From: Dictyostelium discoideum
Taxonomy: Eukaryota
Length of the DNA: 64,000 nucleotides
Assembly: GCA_000004695.1 (NCBI GenBank)
Contig: CM000153.2
Coordinates: 4,000,001 to 4,064,000, forward strand
Direction: 5' to 3'
Made by a program: the position numbers and the translations under genes. Within the stretch, counting starts at the first letter, position 1; each line of letters starts with the position of its first letter. Shown here in pieces: positions 14,322 to 30,364 of the stretch. Below the pieces are notes generated by a model. It ran no database searches, had not been told where the DNA came from, and worked only from the letters and a program-made list of their open reading frames with translations.

Positions 14322-15437
14322 TTAGAATAATCTAAAATCGAAAGTATCTTGTATTTGGCTTACTGCTGTCCAAATGCATTCTTCTTGATTTCTGACGTAT
14401 TCTGATCTTAAGAATAAAAAGAAAAATAATAATGATGCAAAATCAAATAATTGAATTAAATCGACATAACTAAAGATATACATTGGACATCCACCTGTAA
14501 TTATTAATATTGTTTATTATTATTTATTATATTAGTATCAATTCTACCTGTAAACTGTAATTTTTTTTATAAAGTGTTCCTTACCTGGTAGATATTTTGC
14601 CCAAACAAAAAGTGGTAAATAATTACTTAAATTAAAAATTGCCCCTAAAATTATAAATGCTCTACTCTTTCTAGTTGGACCTTCTCTAGAGAATGCAAAT
14701 GCAATCATTAAAACTAAAACAATGATTGGAATGTGTTGTAATATAAAAAATGCTAATAATATATAATAAAATACTGTATTCTCTTTGCTATATATATATT
14801 ATGTGTTGTGTTTGTGTATTAGTTTCAATTGATTTTGTTTTTTTTTTTGTTTTTTTTATTTTTTAAAAACTTACTCTATTTCTACATAAACAAAAACTAA
14901 AAAACAAACAAAACATAACAAGAAAAATACCTCTAGCAAAGAGATATGTTTTTTAAAGGATGTAGTCCATTTTGAAGAATTTCTATTCTCTTGTTGAATT
15001 TGTTGTAAAAGTAATGGTTCATTCTCTCTGTGAGTTGCTTGTTGTTGTGATGTTGATCTGTATCTACGTTGATGATTTAAAGCCAATGTCAATGCCAATG
15101 CAGTAAATCCATGTAATGTTAAACTTGCTATAAAAAATACTTCCTCCACATGTTCTTCCCTAGTTTTATCCATTGCATATCTAATTGTATTTGATGCTCC
15201 TCTTAAACCTAATGCTAAATAATAAACGATCCATAATGTATTCGATATTGTTTGCGTTCGTATCTTTTTATTGAAAACATCGACACTGTTATATTTAAAT
15301 GCTATAATCGTTGCGAATATAAAACACGATATTGATAATGATGCAAATATTAATGAAATTGATGGATAACTAAAATATTCATTAATCCTTAAACCACTTG
15401 GGCAATCTGGAACATTAATTTGTAAAAATTCACCCAT
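14322..15437 (-). CDS. Seven-transmembrane protein of unknown function (possibly THH1/TOM1-like DUF1084 family), 3 exons
   Basis: Exon 1 is 14875..15437 (donor GTAAGT at 14874, phase 2). Exon 2 is 14585..14787 (acceptor TATAG at 14788-9, donor GTAAGG, phase 1). Exon 3 is 14322..14494 (acceptor TTACAG, stop TAA). Frames were verified to join without stops. Seven hydrophobic helices are predicted. There is no strong family signature. Confidence 0.5.
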
Positions 15438-15521
15438 TATTATTAAATATATATTTAATTTTGATTTTTTTTTTTTTTTTTTTTTTTTTTTCCCCCCCCC
15501 CTTTTTGGTTTTGGTTTCCTT

Positions 15522-15560
<39 letters not shown>

Positions 15561-16354
15561 ATATTTATTGAAACTTTTTTTTTTATTTCTATTTTCTATT
15601 CTTGTGTTTTTATTTACTATCTACAATTTCAAAACTAATTATCTTAGTTTTTATTTTTATTATTATTTTGTTTTTGTTTTTTTTTTTTTTTTTTTAGTTT
15701 TTTTTTTTTTGTTATCTATTTATTTATTTTTTTTTAAAAAAAAAAAAGGTTATAGTAATATACTATATATTATATTATTATTTTGTACATATATTATATA
15801 TTTTGAAAATAAATAAATAAATAAATAAAATAATGATATAAACTTTTTGAAAGGGTCGATGTTTGTCAAAAAAAAAAAAATATTTAAGTGGTCAAAAAAA
15901 TTTTAAAAAATAAAAAATTTTAAAAAATAAAAAAAAATAAAAAAAATAAAAAAAATAATAAAAAAAAAATCCTTTAGGTTATTGTTTGAAAAATAAAAAA
16001 ATAAAAAAAATAAAAAAATAAGAATAATCAAACTTTGATTATTAAAAATATAAGTTAAACCAAAATAAAACAAAATAAAAACAAAATGATAAAAAAAATA
16101 AAAAAAAAAAAAACGAAAAAAAAAAAAAAAAAAAAAATATAATTAAAATAAAATAAAAAAAAAAAAATTTAATAATAAAGATAATAGATTTTTTTTTTTT
16201 TTTCGGGGGAAACTTTTTTTTTTTTTCAATGAAAATGCTAAGGGAAAAAAAAAAAAAAAAAAAAACCTTTTTTTTTCCAAATTTTTCCCAATAAAAAAAA
16301 AAAAAAACCCTTCCTTTTTTTAAAGGAACCCTTCCCCACCCAACACGATTTTAA

Positions 16355-16393
<39 letters not shown>

Positions 16394-16706
16394 CATTATT
16401 TTTATTTTTTAATTACTATTTTAAATTTTTTTTAATATTTTATTTTTTTAGTTTTATTATTACTATTTTAGATTTTTTTTAATATTTTATTTTTTTTGTT
16501 TTATTAAAAATATTTTTTTTATTTTTTTTATTTTTTTTATTTTTTTTTTTTATTTTTTTTTTTTTTTTTAATTTTTTTTTTTTATTTTTTCATTTTCTTA
16601 TAAACCAACCACATTTTTGGAAAAATCAGATTTTTTTTTATTTTTTTTTATTTCTGAATATAAAAATAGTAATAATTATAATACACAATAATAATAATAA
16701 AGGAAA

Positions 16707-18260
<1,554 letters not shown>

Positions 18261-18287
18261 ATGGGATCCCAAAAAAAAAAAAAAAAG

Positions 18288-18323
<36 letters not shown>

Positions 18324-18821
18324 GTATAATGGTAATATAGGATAAATAGATAATTAAATAAAAAAAAAAAAAATAAAATAAATAAATAAATATGATCAAA
18401 AAAAAAAAAAAAAAAAAAAAAAATAACTAAATAAATATGATCAAAAAAAAAAAAAATAAATAAATATGATCAAAAAAAAAATTATCTTTGTTGGTGGTGT
18501 TTTTTTTTTTTTGTTTTTTTTTTGTTTGATTGTCCGAGAGAAAACTTAATTTAATGGTGTCTGAAGAAAAAGAAATAAAAATATTTATACATTTCTTTTT
18601 GGTATTTGGTGGTTATGTTTAAATGATATGAAAATAAGTTTTGAAAAAAAAAAAAAAAAAAAAAAGTTAAAAATGAAACTTGGCAAAGCCCGGAAAAAAT
18701 TATTTTAACCCCATTTTAAAACTGCGGGGTTGATCGGCAATATATTTTCATTTGCTGTTGTTCAACTGTGTTGGGGAAATGGTGCTGTCGTCACAAAAAC
18801 AAAAATCTTCAAAAAGTAGGT

Positions 18822-18886
<65 letters not shown>

Positions 18887-19112
18887 TTTTGACTTTTTCT
18901 GGTGGGCAATCCAACCCATAGCCTATTCAAAAAAAAAAATGGTTTTTTTTTTTTTTTTTCTTAATTTTATTTCCTTTTTTTTTTTTTTTTTTCTTTTTTT
19001 TTTTTTTTTTCCATTAATATTAAATCAAACAATTCTAATGTCATAATAATTTTATATTTATTTTTAATTATTTTATTAAAAAATAAAAAAAAAAAAAAAA
19101 AAAAAAAAAGAA

Positions 19113-19227
19113 ATGGCAAACACTCATAAATTTTTTAAACTTTTTAATATACTAGATTCATTGTCTATTGATATATTAAAAAATGCTTTTAAATCTGGAT
19201 CAAACCAGATTTATGTTGTAAGTTTGG

Positions 19228-19278
<51 letters not shown>

Positions 19279-22200
19279 AAACATGGACAAATATAGAAAA
19301 GGAACTAATATACTTTTTTTTTTTTTTTTAAAATTAAAAATAATATTAGGATAAACTATTATTTCCAATTATAGAAATTATTGATAGTATAAATAATAGT
19401 GAAGCATCAATTTCAGAGATATTTTATCAAAGAATGGTAAATGAATCAAGATTATTTGATCCAAATAAAATTAAAAAGAATAGAGAATTATTAGAATTTA
19501 TAATTAAAAAAATTGAAGATATTACAATGTTATCAAAAAATAAAAAAATTAAAATAATGGTTATTAAATTTTTTGAAAAACTTTTACACCATTGGTCAAA
19601 TTATACAATTGATCCAGATTCATCATTAGTTGGATTGGTTCCAACTGATAAATTAATGTCAAAATGTTTATTGGAAACTGAATGGTATTTAAATCAATCA
19701 AATAGTAATAATAGTAATAATAATAGTAATAGTAATAATAATAATAATAATAATTATGATTGTAATAATAGTTTAAGTAATAGTAGTAGTGGTATTAATA
19801 ATAGTAGTAGCAATAGTAATAATAGTAATAATAATAGTAGCGGCAGTAGTAGTAATAATAAAGAATATAATAATTTTTATCAAGGTTTTAAAGATAATGA
19901 TAAAGAAGAATTTGTTAAAAAGATAATTCAATTATCATCAATTGAAAATTCAAATGAATTAATGATAACAATTAGATATTTAGCATCATTGTATAGAGGT
20001 GTTTTAGAAAGAGTTAAAAAAGGTGATTTAATAATTGTAACATTTTCAACAATTTTAAAACAACCAATTAATTCAACTAATAATATTGAAATTTCATTAG
20101 CAAATCCATCAAATATTTTATTATCAAAACCTCCAAAAACAACACTTTCTCAAACTCAAGCAAAAGGTTATTTCTCAAAAACTAAAATTATACCAAATAG
20201 AATTTCATCATCAAGTAAACCAATTAAAATTATAACATTAGAAGAATATTGTAGATTAAATATAAAACCAATTGAACAATTTGAACAAGATAAAGAAATT
20301 AATAATAATAAAAATAATAATAAAAATAATGATTCAGATGATTCAGATGATTCAGATGATGGTTCAGATGATAATGATGATGGAAGTTGTATAGATAAAA
20401 ATAAAAAAGAAAAATTTAAATCACCAGATTCATCATTAAAAGTTTTAAATGTAAAACATAATGTTTTTAATAGGAGAGGTCAATTTGCAAGATATTCAGG
20501 TGAAACAGTTGGTGATTATTTAATTTGTTATTTTTCACCAGAGGAAACTGAAGGTGTTGCAGTATCATTAGAGAATATTTTGATATTAGGTAGAGAAACA
20601 ATTGATAGTATTAAATCATGTTATGCAAATCCAAATGATAAGAAAATTTTAACAGATATTCATCAACCAACTAATGATTTTGGTTATTTAATTGGTCAAA
20701 AAGTTAAAGATTATACTGTAAAACATTTAAAACAAAATGAAGACATTGATATGAATTTCATAAAAACTGAATATAAAAAATATAATAATAATAAATATAA
20801 TCCAAATAGGAACCACTATAATAACAACAACAACAACAATAATAATAATAATTTAGATGAAGATGATCAATCAACAAATTGTTTAAAATCTTTAACAAAG
20901 GTAAAGAAAATGTCAGATACAGTAAATATAATATTAAATAATTATCGTCAAAATCAACAAGCTACTGAATATTCTTCAGAATTGGCAGAGGTACCATTGG
21001 TTTATAAAAATTTAGAGAGAGAAATTAAAAAAGAGGTTGAAATATTTGAGAAATCAACAAATATTAGAAATTTCTTTATACCTTATTATGGCGAAACATT
21101 GTATAATTTTAATAGAAATACACCATTGAAAAAGGCAACTAGAAAAATTCAACAAATTAAATATGAAATTGATTTATTATTTGATAAATTGAATCAAGAG
21201 AAACTTCAATATTTAGATGGTTCTCGTAAGGCTGACATGTCAGATTGGTGGTTAAATTTACGTGATTCAAGATGTAATGAATTCTTGGATAAATTAGGAT
21301 ACAAATTAAATGCATTACCAGATAACTATATTGAACAACAACCTTCAAATATTCAAGATATAATAAAAAATTTGAAAATTATTAAAACAATTCTAAATAG
21401 TACATCTAGTGGTGGTGGTGGTGGTGGTGGTGGTGAAATTGATTCCAAAGTTGTTTCAAAATATTCACCACTTCCATTAATTAAAGAATTGACAAAAGAA
21501 ATTTATCCAAGAATTCACCAATTTAAAAATAATTGTCATTTAATAATTTGTGATGAATTTAAGTTAACTTGTTATCCTGGTAATGAATCTATGAAATTGT
21601 TTTTAAATACTTTAAAATATGAAAATAAAATTAGTAAAGAAGTTTATGATCAATATGAACTATTATTATTAGATTTAGATTATTTAACTGAAATGGAACA
21701 ATCTGAAAATACAAATAAATCTTTTCATATTGTACCTATTAGTGGTTTAGTAATTGGTTTCTTTTCAATACTAGTAAATGAATTAAAAACTGCAATTGAA
21801 CAATGGTCAACTCCAAATGATTTTATTCATTTACCAAATTCAATTTCAACAACAAATTTAATTTCTGGTTTAAATTTAAATTCGGTTGCAAATTCAAATA
21901 TACCAATACCACCACCTCTACCACCCCCACCCCCACCTCCACCACCACATATACCATTATCTCCAAATAGTGCTAGTAGTAGTAGTAATAATAGTAGTGG
22001 TAGTTTTTGGTCAACAAGTATTAAAAAACCGATATCAATACCATCAATATTTATGAATAATAGACAATTAAATAGCAATAATAATAATAATAATAATAAT
22101 AATAGTAATAATTTAAGTGGTCAATTAAATTATAATATGAATTATAGTGCAAATACTATTGGTAGAGCAATGACAAAAGATGAGAAATCAATTTTAATTA

Positions 22201-22817
22201 AAAGTATTTTATCAGAGGATTCAAGTTTTGTTGAAGAGGTTATAACTAGTTTAAAGTATGAAAGTGAATCAGAATTTCAAAAAGTATGGCTAAATGAACC
22301 AGATGGTGTTACAGGCTGGGCACCAATTCATTTCGCTTGTTTTATTGGTAATTCGGATATAATAAATCAACTTTTAGATCAACCCGGTATTGATATAAAT
22401 ATAAAGAGTAAACAACGTGGTTCCGCTCTACATTTCATAGTAAAACATCAATATACTGAAAAGAGAAAGAATGTTATAAACAAAATGATAAACAAAGGCA
22501 TAGATATCAATAACTCTACAAAGATAAGTGGTGAAACTCCACTTCATTCTTGCTCGCTTAGAGGTAATTTCGAATGGCTGCAATTCCTATTGGAAAAAGG
22601 TGCAAATGTAAATGCTGTAACTCTAAATAATGAAACCAGTTTACATTATGCCATCACTGTCAATAGAATTGATATAGTTGATTTCTTAATTAAATATGGT
22701 GCTAAAATAGATATAAAATCAAAGAAAAGAGGTACTCCAATCCAACTTGCTGCAAACTTAAATTTACCAAGAATAGTTGAATTATTGGAATATCATGCTT
22801 CAATGAAATCAAAATAA
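19113..22817 (+). CDS. Large ankyrin-repeat protein (C-terminal ANK repeats, poly-Pro stretch, poly-Asn/Ser tracts)
   Basis: Exon 1 is 19113..19217 (MANTHKFF...SNQIYV, donor GTAAGT). The intron contains A26. Exon 2 is 19350..22817 (acceptor TATTAG, phase 0). C-terminus: GWAPIHFACFIGNSDIINQLLDQPGIDINIKSKQRGSALHFIV...GETPLHSCSLRGNFEWLQFLLEKGANVNAV...SLHYAITVNRIDIVDFLIKYGAKIDIK (four or more ANK repeats). Proline run IPIPPPLPPPPPPPPPHIPL. Confidence 0.65.
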
Positions 22818-23179
22818 ATAAAATAAAAAAAACAAAATAAAAAAAATAAAAATTAGTGTTTTTATCTTTATAAAAAGTATTTTTTTTTTTTTTTTTTTTT
22901 TGTATATATACGAATCCACCCCGTCCTTATTTTTTTTTTTTTTCAATTATTTTTTTATTTTTAGACTGTTTGGGAAATTAGGTCCATGTGCTTTTTTTTT
23001 TTTTTGAAATATCAATAAAATTTTCTTAGAAGAGGATATTTTAATTAAAAAAAAAAAAAAAAAAAAAAAAATTTTTAAAATTTTTGTGAATGTTTTTTTA
23101 ATTTTTTTTTTTTTTTTTTTTATTGGCATTCATAAATTTAAAGCATACTACCAGAATAAAATAAATAAAAAAAAAGAAA

Positions 23180-24796
23180 ATGAGTGGAACCAATAGTTGG
23201 TTAAACAATAATAACAATAATAGTAATACAACATTAACAAATACAAATACTATTGGAGGTACAAATTTTGGTATAAATCAATTTGATGGTGATGATTGGG
23301 ATAATATTTTTGATGGTAATAATGGTGATGGTGATGGTGATTTAGATGGTGATAGTTATAAAAGTTATCAAAATCCATACTCTTATCGTGATTGTATAAT
23401 ATTTTTAATAGATGCATCAAAAGCAATGTTTGAACCAAATGAAAATAATGAAATCCCATTTCATAATGCAGTAAAATGTTTAATTCAAACAATTACTGAT
23501 AAAATTATTACAAGTGATAGTGATTTAATTGGTGTTTGTTTTTATAATACAGTAAGTAAATCTATATATATATATATATATATATAAATATTTAAAATTA
23601 AACAAATTATTAATCATTAATATTTATTTTAAAGAATAAAAAAAAAAATATAAATGATTTTGAAAATATATATGTATTATCAGATTTAGATATACCAGAT
23701 CCAAAGATAATATTAACATTAGAAGAAATGTTAGAGAATTCAAATTTCACTACGAATGGATTGGGTAATTGTCAAGGTGAAATGCCATTTTGTGATGCAT
23801 TATGGACATGTTCAACCATGTTTAGTAATATCAAACAATCTGGATCATCATCAGGTGAGAATTCAAATAATAATAATTTCAAAAGAATTTTCTTATTCAC
23901 AAATGAAGACAATCCGAATGCATACAATGATAGTATTAGAAATTCATCGATTCAACGTTCAAAAGATTTATCAGATTTAAATATTCAAATTGAATTATTC
24001 TCAATGAATAAATCTGTGAATGATAAATTCGATTTCTCTTTATTCTATCAACATATTCTAATATTTGCAGATGAAGAGAATTATTTAGATCCAACTCAAT
24101 TTGATGCAAGTTCCAAATTCTCTGATTTAAGATTTAAATTAAAAAGAAAAGAATTTAAAAAAAGATCATTAGGTAAATTACCATTATATATTGGTAATTT
24201 AAATAATAATAATAATAATAGCAATAGTTTAGATAGTCAAGTTATTATATCAACTCAACTTTATAATTTATTTTCACATGCTCATAAATCATCACCAACA
24301 TTATTAGATCCAAAAACAAATTTACCAGTTAAACAATTGATAAAGAATGTTTGTGCAAACACTCAAGCTACTTTATTACCATCACAAATTAAACTTTGTT
24401 ATCATTATGGTGGTGAACCTGTTATATTTACCAAAGATGAGATGCAAACAATTAAATCTATCGATAGAATTGGTTTCACTTTGTTAGGTTTTAAACCATT
24501 GGAAAACATTAAACCCTATCATTCAATCAAACATTCACAATTCATTTTCCCTGATGATCAATCAATTAAAGGTTCGGTTTTAGCATTCAATGCTTTGGTT
24601 GAACAAATGTTAAAATCTGGTAAAGCTGCAATTTGTCGTTTCACTCCACGTTCATCTTCTTCACCTCGTATGGTTGCTTTAATACCACAAGAAGAGATTT
24701 TACAATCTGAATCTGAATTTAATAATCAACAATTATTAAATTCATTATCATCACAACAACAACAACAACAATCTTCTCAACAATCTTCTTCTTCCC

Positions 24797-24858
<62 letters not shown>

Positions 24859-25992
24859 CTTCCTTCTTCATCTCAACAATCAAATAATAATAGGAAAATT
24901 CAAATTAGACCAAGAGGTATGCATGTTATTTATTTACCATTTGCAGATGATATTAGATATCCAAATAATATTGGTGTTAAAAGTGATGGATTAGAGATTA
25001 AACAAGAAAATATTGATAAAGCAAAGAATATTATTAAAATGATGAAAATTAAATTTGATGAAAAGAAATTTGTAAATCCTGGACTTCAAAAACATTATGC
25101 TTCTTTACAAGCTATTGCATTGGAAAGAGATAAAGTTGAAGAAACTGTTGATAATATTCAACCAGATAGAAAATTAATTGAAAAGGTTATTGATACCACT
25201 CAAGATTTTAGTGATGGTATATTCCCAGTTGGTTATGCTTCGACTGTTTCCTCGGCAACTTCTTCTACCTCATCCTCTTCTGCAAAACGTTTAAGAGACG
25301 GTAAAGATTTATCTACAATGGATTGGCCTGATATGGTAAAGAGTGGTGAAATCATTAAATTGACAGTAGACGATTTAAAATCATTTTTATCAAATCAAAA
25401 TATTAAACCAAGTTCAAAAGCAAAAAAAGCAGATTTAATAGATTTAATCTCAAATTTAATTTCTGGTGGTAATTTTAAACCAGATAAATTACATCTTTTG
25501 AAAAAGGATTCACCTCCTTTATCTGATAATACAATAACAACAAATGGTGGTGATGACGATGATAATAATAGACCATCTAAAAAAGTTAAATCAACTTCAA
25601 CCTCAACTACTGCCTCCAAAAATACCTCTTCTTCTTCTCCACCTCTTGTTTCTGCTGCAACAATGAATAAAAAAGCTCCTCCAAAGAAAAGTTTTTCAGT
25701 AAAAGATAAAAATAGTAGTAATAATAGTAGTGGTGGTAGTAGTAAAGCAAATGTTAATGACGAATTTGATATCGATTTTAAAAATAGTGATCAAGATGAT
25801 GATACAGATAACGAATCCGATGTAAATAATAAAGCCACCACTTCAACCACTACAATAACTACTACAACAGCAGCCCCAAAGAAAAACAACTTTGTCAATA
25901 ATGGTATGTTTGATACTAGGGAATTATGTAAATATGGTAAAAACTGCTATCGTACAAATAAACAACATCTTGATGAATATAGACATCAATAA
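23180..25992 (+). CDS. ku70: Ku70 (XRCC6) homolog of the NHEJ pathway, with vWA, Ku core, SAP domain and a C-terminal PBZ (PAR-binding) zinc finger; contains a poly-Gln insertion
   Basis: Exon 1 is 23180..23551 (donor GTAAGT). Exon 2 is 23635..25992 (acceptor TTTAAAG, phase 0). Colinear with human Ku70: DCIIFLIDASKAMFEP / NIYVLSDLDIP / RIFLFTNEDNP / ICRFTPRSSSSPRMVALIPQEE / MHVIYLPFADDIR. SAP: LKSFLSNQNIKPSSKAKKADLIDLISNLI. PBZ-like C-x2-C...H-x?-H: CKYGKNCYRTNKQHLDEYRHQ. (CAA)n polyQ at 24798..24858. Confidence 0.9.
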
Positions 25993-26031
25993 AATATTAT
26001 TAAACTTTATAAATTGCTACATATGACACTA

Positions 26032-26064
<33 letters not shown>

Positions 26065-26105
26065 CTCTTAATTTTATTTACAACTTTATTTTTTTAAAAA
26101 TACTT

Positions 26106-26533
26106 TTAATGCATTTGAACTGCAAATTGTTCTCTAATTTTCTTTTCATTCTTCTTTTTTTGTGATAATCTCTTTGCAACTTTTTTCCTATCTTGTTGTT
26201 TTTCATTTTCTTTTTGTATATTTGATTGAATAATATCTCTCTTTTTTTGTGCTGCTCTTGATTCTGATGATACAATAGTTTTCTTTCTTAACAATTTTAA
26301 ATTCTCTTCTAAAATTTTATCTTGATCCACTTTTTGTTTAATAACTTTATCTAAAATAAAATTTTAAAATTTATATAAGTAAAAAAAATAAAAATAAAAA
26401 TAATAATAATAATAGTAAAATATATATGAAAATATTTACCAAGTGGTGATTTCAATTTTTGAAATCTTTTATTTACTCTTAATTCTTCTCCATTTAAAAC
26501 TTTTAATTGTTGTTTGATTACTTTATTTGACAT
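26106..26533 (-). CDS. Small Lys-rich basic coiled-coil protein (~115 aa), probably nucleolar or ribosome-biogenesis-like; unassigned
   Basis: Exon 1 is 26440..26533 (MSNKVIKQQLKVLNGEELRVNKRFQKLKSPL, donor GTAAAT, phase 1). Exon 2 is 26106..26350 (acceptor TTTTAG, ...AAQKKRDIIQSNIQKENEKQQDRKKVAKRLSQKKKNEKKIREQFAVQMH*). Confidence 0.45.
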
Positions 26534-26601
26534 TTTATTTAATTAATAAATATATAAAAAAAAATTTCCCCAAGACAAAAATAAAAATTAAAATTTCTTT
26601 C

Positions 26602-26651
<50 letters not shown>

Positions 26652-26989
26652 TTCCAAATTAATCATATATTTTATCTTTATAATTAAATTCACAATCTTG
26701 TTGTTAATTTATAGATAATTTATCTCAAGATCTTTCAATAATTCTGAAATATATAAAAAGAATAAAAAAATAAAAAAAAATAAAAATAAAAAAATAATAA
26801 TAAAATAAAAATAAAAATTAAAGGATAATTTTGATTAATATATTACTAGCTTCAGTTTTAATTAAATAAATTAATACAAATATTTTATGTTGTTTTATTT
26901 ATTTATTTTAAATACATTAAAAATTTTATTTTATTTTATATTATTTTATTAGGTTTGGAAAAAAAAAATATAATATTTATTTAAATAAA

Positions 26990-27056
26990 TAATAAAATAA
27001 AATAAATAAAATAAAATAAAATAAAATAAAATAAAATAAAATAAAATAAAATAAAT
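26990..27056. repeat. (TAAAA)n pentanucleotide repeat, ~13 units
   Basis: aataaaataaaataaaataaaa... read directly. Confidence 0.9.
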
Positions 27057-27319
27057 TGAAAAAAAAAAAAATGAAAATGAAATTAAACAATTGAATTTTA
27101 ATTTAGAGAAAGGTATTAAGGATAAAATGGATTTTTTTTATTTTTTTAAAAAAAAACTAATAATCTTTATTTTCTTTTAAAAAGTAATTCTAAATTATGT
27201 GTTATAAATAGTTTTTAAATAATTGACTCTAATTAAATCATAGGAATTAAAAATTATAAAACTATAAAAATTGGTTAAATAAACCCAAAAAATAAAAAAA
27301 AATAAAAAAATTGTTGGTA

Positions 27320-27362
<43 letters not shown>

Positions 27363-27517
27363 AAGGTATCACAGCCCAAATTCTTTGGATTTTTTTTTTT
27401 TTTTTATAAAAGGAAAAATAAAATAAATAAAAAAATAAATAAATAAAAAAAGACCGGTCGTTTTTTTTTTTTAAAGTTTTTTTTTTTAATTTGGTTTAAA
27501 AAAAAAAACAAATTTTG

Positions 27518-27551
<34 letters not shown>

Positions 27552-28845
27552 CAAAACCAAATTTTTTCATTTTTTTTTTTTATTTTTGGGTTTCTGTTTT
27601 AAATTTTTTTATTTTTATACATTTGTTGATTTAAAAATTCACTCATATATTTATTTATTATTTAGAGAAGATACATTGTATTTTTATAAAGGCTATTAAT
27701 TGGTAGGTTTAATTTTGGTTTTCATTTTTCATATAAACATGGTTTTGGTTTTTTTTTTTTTTTTTTTTTCCTTCACAATCTTTGATTCCATCGATAAAAA
27801 AAAAATCAAATAGGTTATATTTTTTTTTCTTTGTGCCAATCTCATTCAAACCCATCAAAAATATATTAAATTTTTTTTTAAAAAAAAAAGAAAAAAAAAA
27901 ATCCTTCATGTTTGTGCTTCTGTTGGGGGTGAAGAAAATAATAATAATAATAATAATATTAATAAAAATAATAATAATAATAATAATAATAATAGTAACC
28001 AAAAAAAAAAAAATTTTGGTTGTTGGGAGGGGCTATCCGAACACATAGATTCTTCAAATCCATTTTTTTTTTTTTTTTTTTTTATTGGGAAAATTTTTGG
28101 TAAAAAAAAAAAAAAATTAAAAATAAAAATAATCACAAATATCCACACCCCCAAAAAAAAAAAAATCATAAAAACACACAAAAAGACGGTTCTTTCATTG
28201 ATAACTCCACCACACACACAAAAATAAAAAACAGTACACACAGTTGAAAAAAAAAAATATATTTTTATATTGTGAGTAGTTTGTTTTTTTGACTATAGAA
28301 ATATTGAAGAATGGTTTCATCTCATCTTTTTTGAAATATATAAACACAAAACACATTCATAATACACACACACACAACATTAACAAAAAAATAAAAATAA
28401 TAAAAAAATAAAACAACAATAATAATAAAAATAATAATAATAAAAACAAAAAATAAAATAATAAATTGTAAAAAAAAATCCAACACTAACATAAAATTTT
28501 ATTATCATTTTCCAAATTTTAGATCTTCACAATAATATATAAATATATAATTAAACCAAACCGAAAGATATACTTCCCACAAAATAAATAATAAATTGTA
28601 ATAATAGTAATATTTTTAAATATATTAATAAAAAAATAAAAATAAAATAAAAAATAAAAATAAAAATAAACATATAAAATAAAAATAAAAATAACAATTA
28701 AAAAAAAAATAATAATAATAAAATAACAAAAATAATAAAAATAATAAATAAAAAAAAATAATAATCTATACTAAAAATAATAATATAAATACATATATAA
28801 AAGAGAATAAAATAAAATAAAAATAAATATTTTTTTTTTTTTTAA

Positions 28846-28899
<54 letters not shown>

Positions 28900-28902
<3 letters not shown>

Positions 28903-30282
28903 ATAAGTAGTTTTTTAAAAAAGTCAGAAAAAGAATATACAGAAGAAGAGATTAAAATTGAATCAAGGTTATTACATAAGAATGTAAAGGAAGGAAATGT
29001 TAAACAAGTGAAGAAACTTTTAGGTAAAAAGGGTAAATTAATTATAAATACCGTCGATGATTTGGATCAATCATCATTGATGATAGCAGCAAGAAACAAT
29101 AATTTGGAAATGTTTGAATTGGTATTATCACATTATAAAATTTGTAAGGTAGATATAAATATACCAGACAAGAATGGGTATACATGTTTACATCATTTCC
29201 TCTCGATGACCGATATTGATATACGTATGATTTACATTCTATTGGAATGTGAAGATATTCATGTCAATGTGAACAATCGTGATTTGAATACACCATTTCA
29301 TTATTTCTGTCAAAAGTTTCGTGCACAAAATAATGGTCAATTAAAGGAGGTTTTCGATATACTCATTAAAAAAGGTGTGAATGTCAATGCCATCAATAAG
29401 AATGGTGAATCACCACTCCACAAAGCAATTTTCAATACTACAGTGGCTCAAGGTATGATTACATTACTCTTGGAGAATAAATCCAATGTGAATATAGTCA
29501 ATAAGAATGGTGAGTCACCACTTCACTATTGCGTTAGAATGGGTCGTGCCGATTTGGTTTCCATACTTCTTCAATATGGCGCCGATCGTAGTGCCGTCGC
29601 CAAAGATAATAAACCACTCTATCAAATTGCAATCGATGAAAACTTTACAAAGTTAGCCGATCTTCTTAGAGAGGGTGGTGATATGTCAAAGATTTCCGAT
29701 GGTGCCTCCACTGAACTTTTATCTCTTCTTCAAAATCCAACACTTCGTGAAGACTTTAGGAAGTTTTTAAGAGAAGAATTAATCTGTGAAGAGAATATAA
29801 ACTTTTATACTGACGTTGAAGCTTACAAATACTTAAAGGTTGATTACAATAGATTACTCAAAGAATTCTATAGAATATATGAAAAATACATTATCGATGA
29901 TTCACCTTGTGAAATTAATGTTCCCTACTCTATAAAGTATAATATTTTAAATTTTAAGAAAACACTACCTTCCGTTGAATTATTAAGTGGTGGTAGTAGT
30001 ATGAGTCTAGATAAAATTCATTCAAGTCAAAGTAATAATAGTATTTGTAGTAGCAATAGTAATGAAAACATTTGTAATAGTAATAATAATAGTAGTTTAA
30101 GTATTGGTAATGGTAATAATAGTGGAAGTACTTTTAGTAGTAATAATAGTTTAGGTAGTGGTATAAGTAGTGCCAATTCTTCTTTTTGTTTACCAAATAA
30201 TTCACCCTCTCCTTCTTCTATGACTGTAACTGTAACTGATACTGATAATTTAAATAATAATAATACCAATAATAACAATAAT

Positions 30283-30364
<82 letters not shown>

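Noticed and set aside
22900-22925. Possible tRNA 3' end (acgaatccaccccgtcc) and other tRNA-like fragments (30890..30960 tcgaaa/tttcga)
   Set aside because: No upstream acceptor, D or anticodon arm; no GGTTCGAATCC-type T-arm. I found no credible tRNA cloverleaf anywhere in the window.
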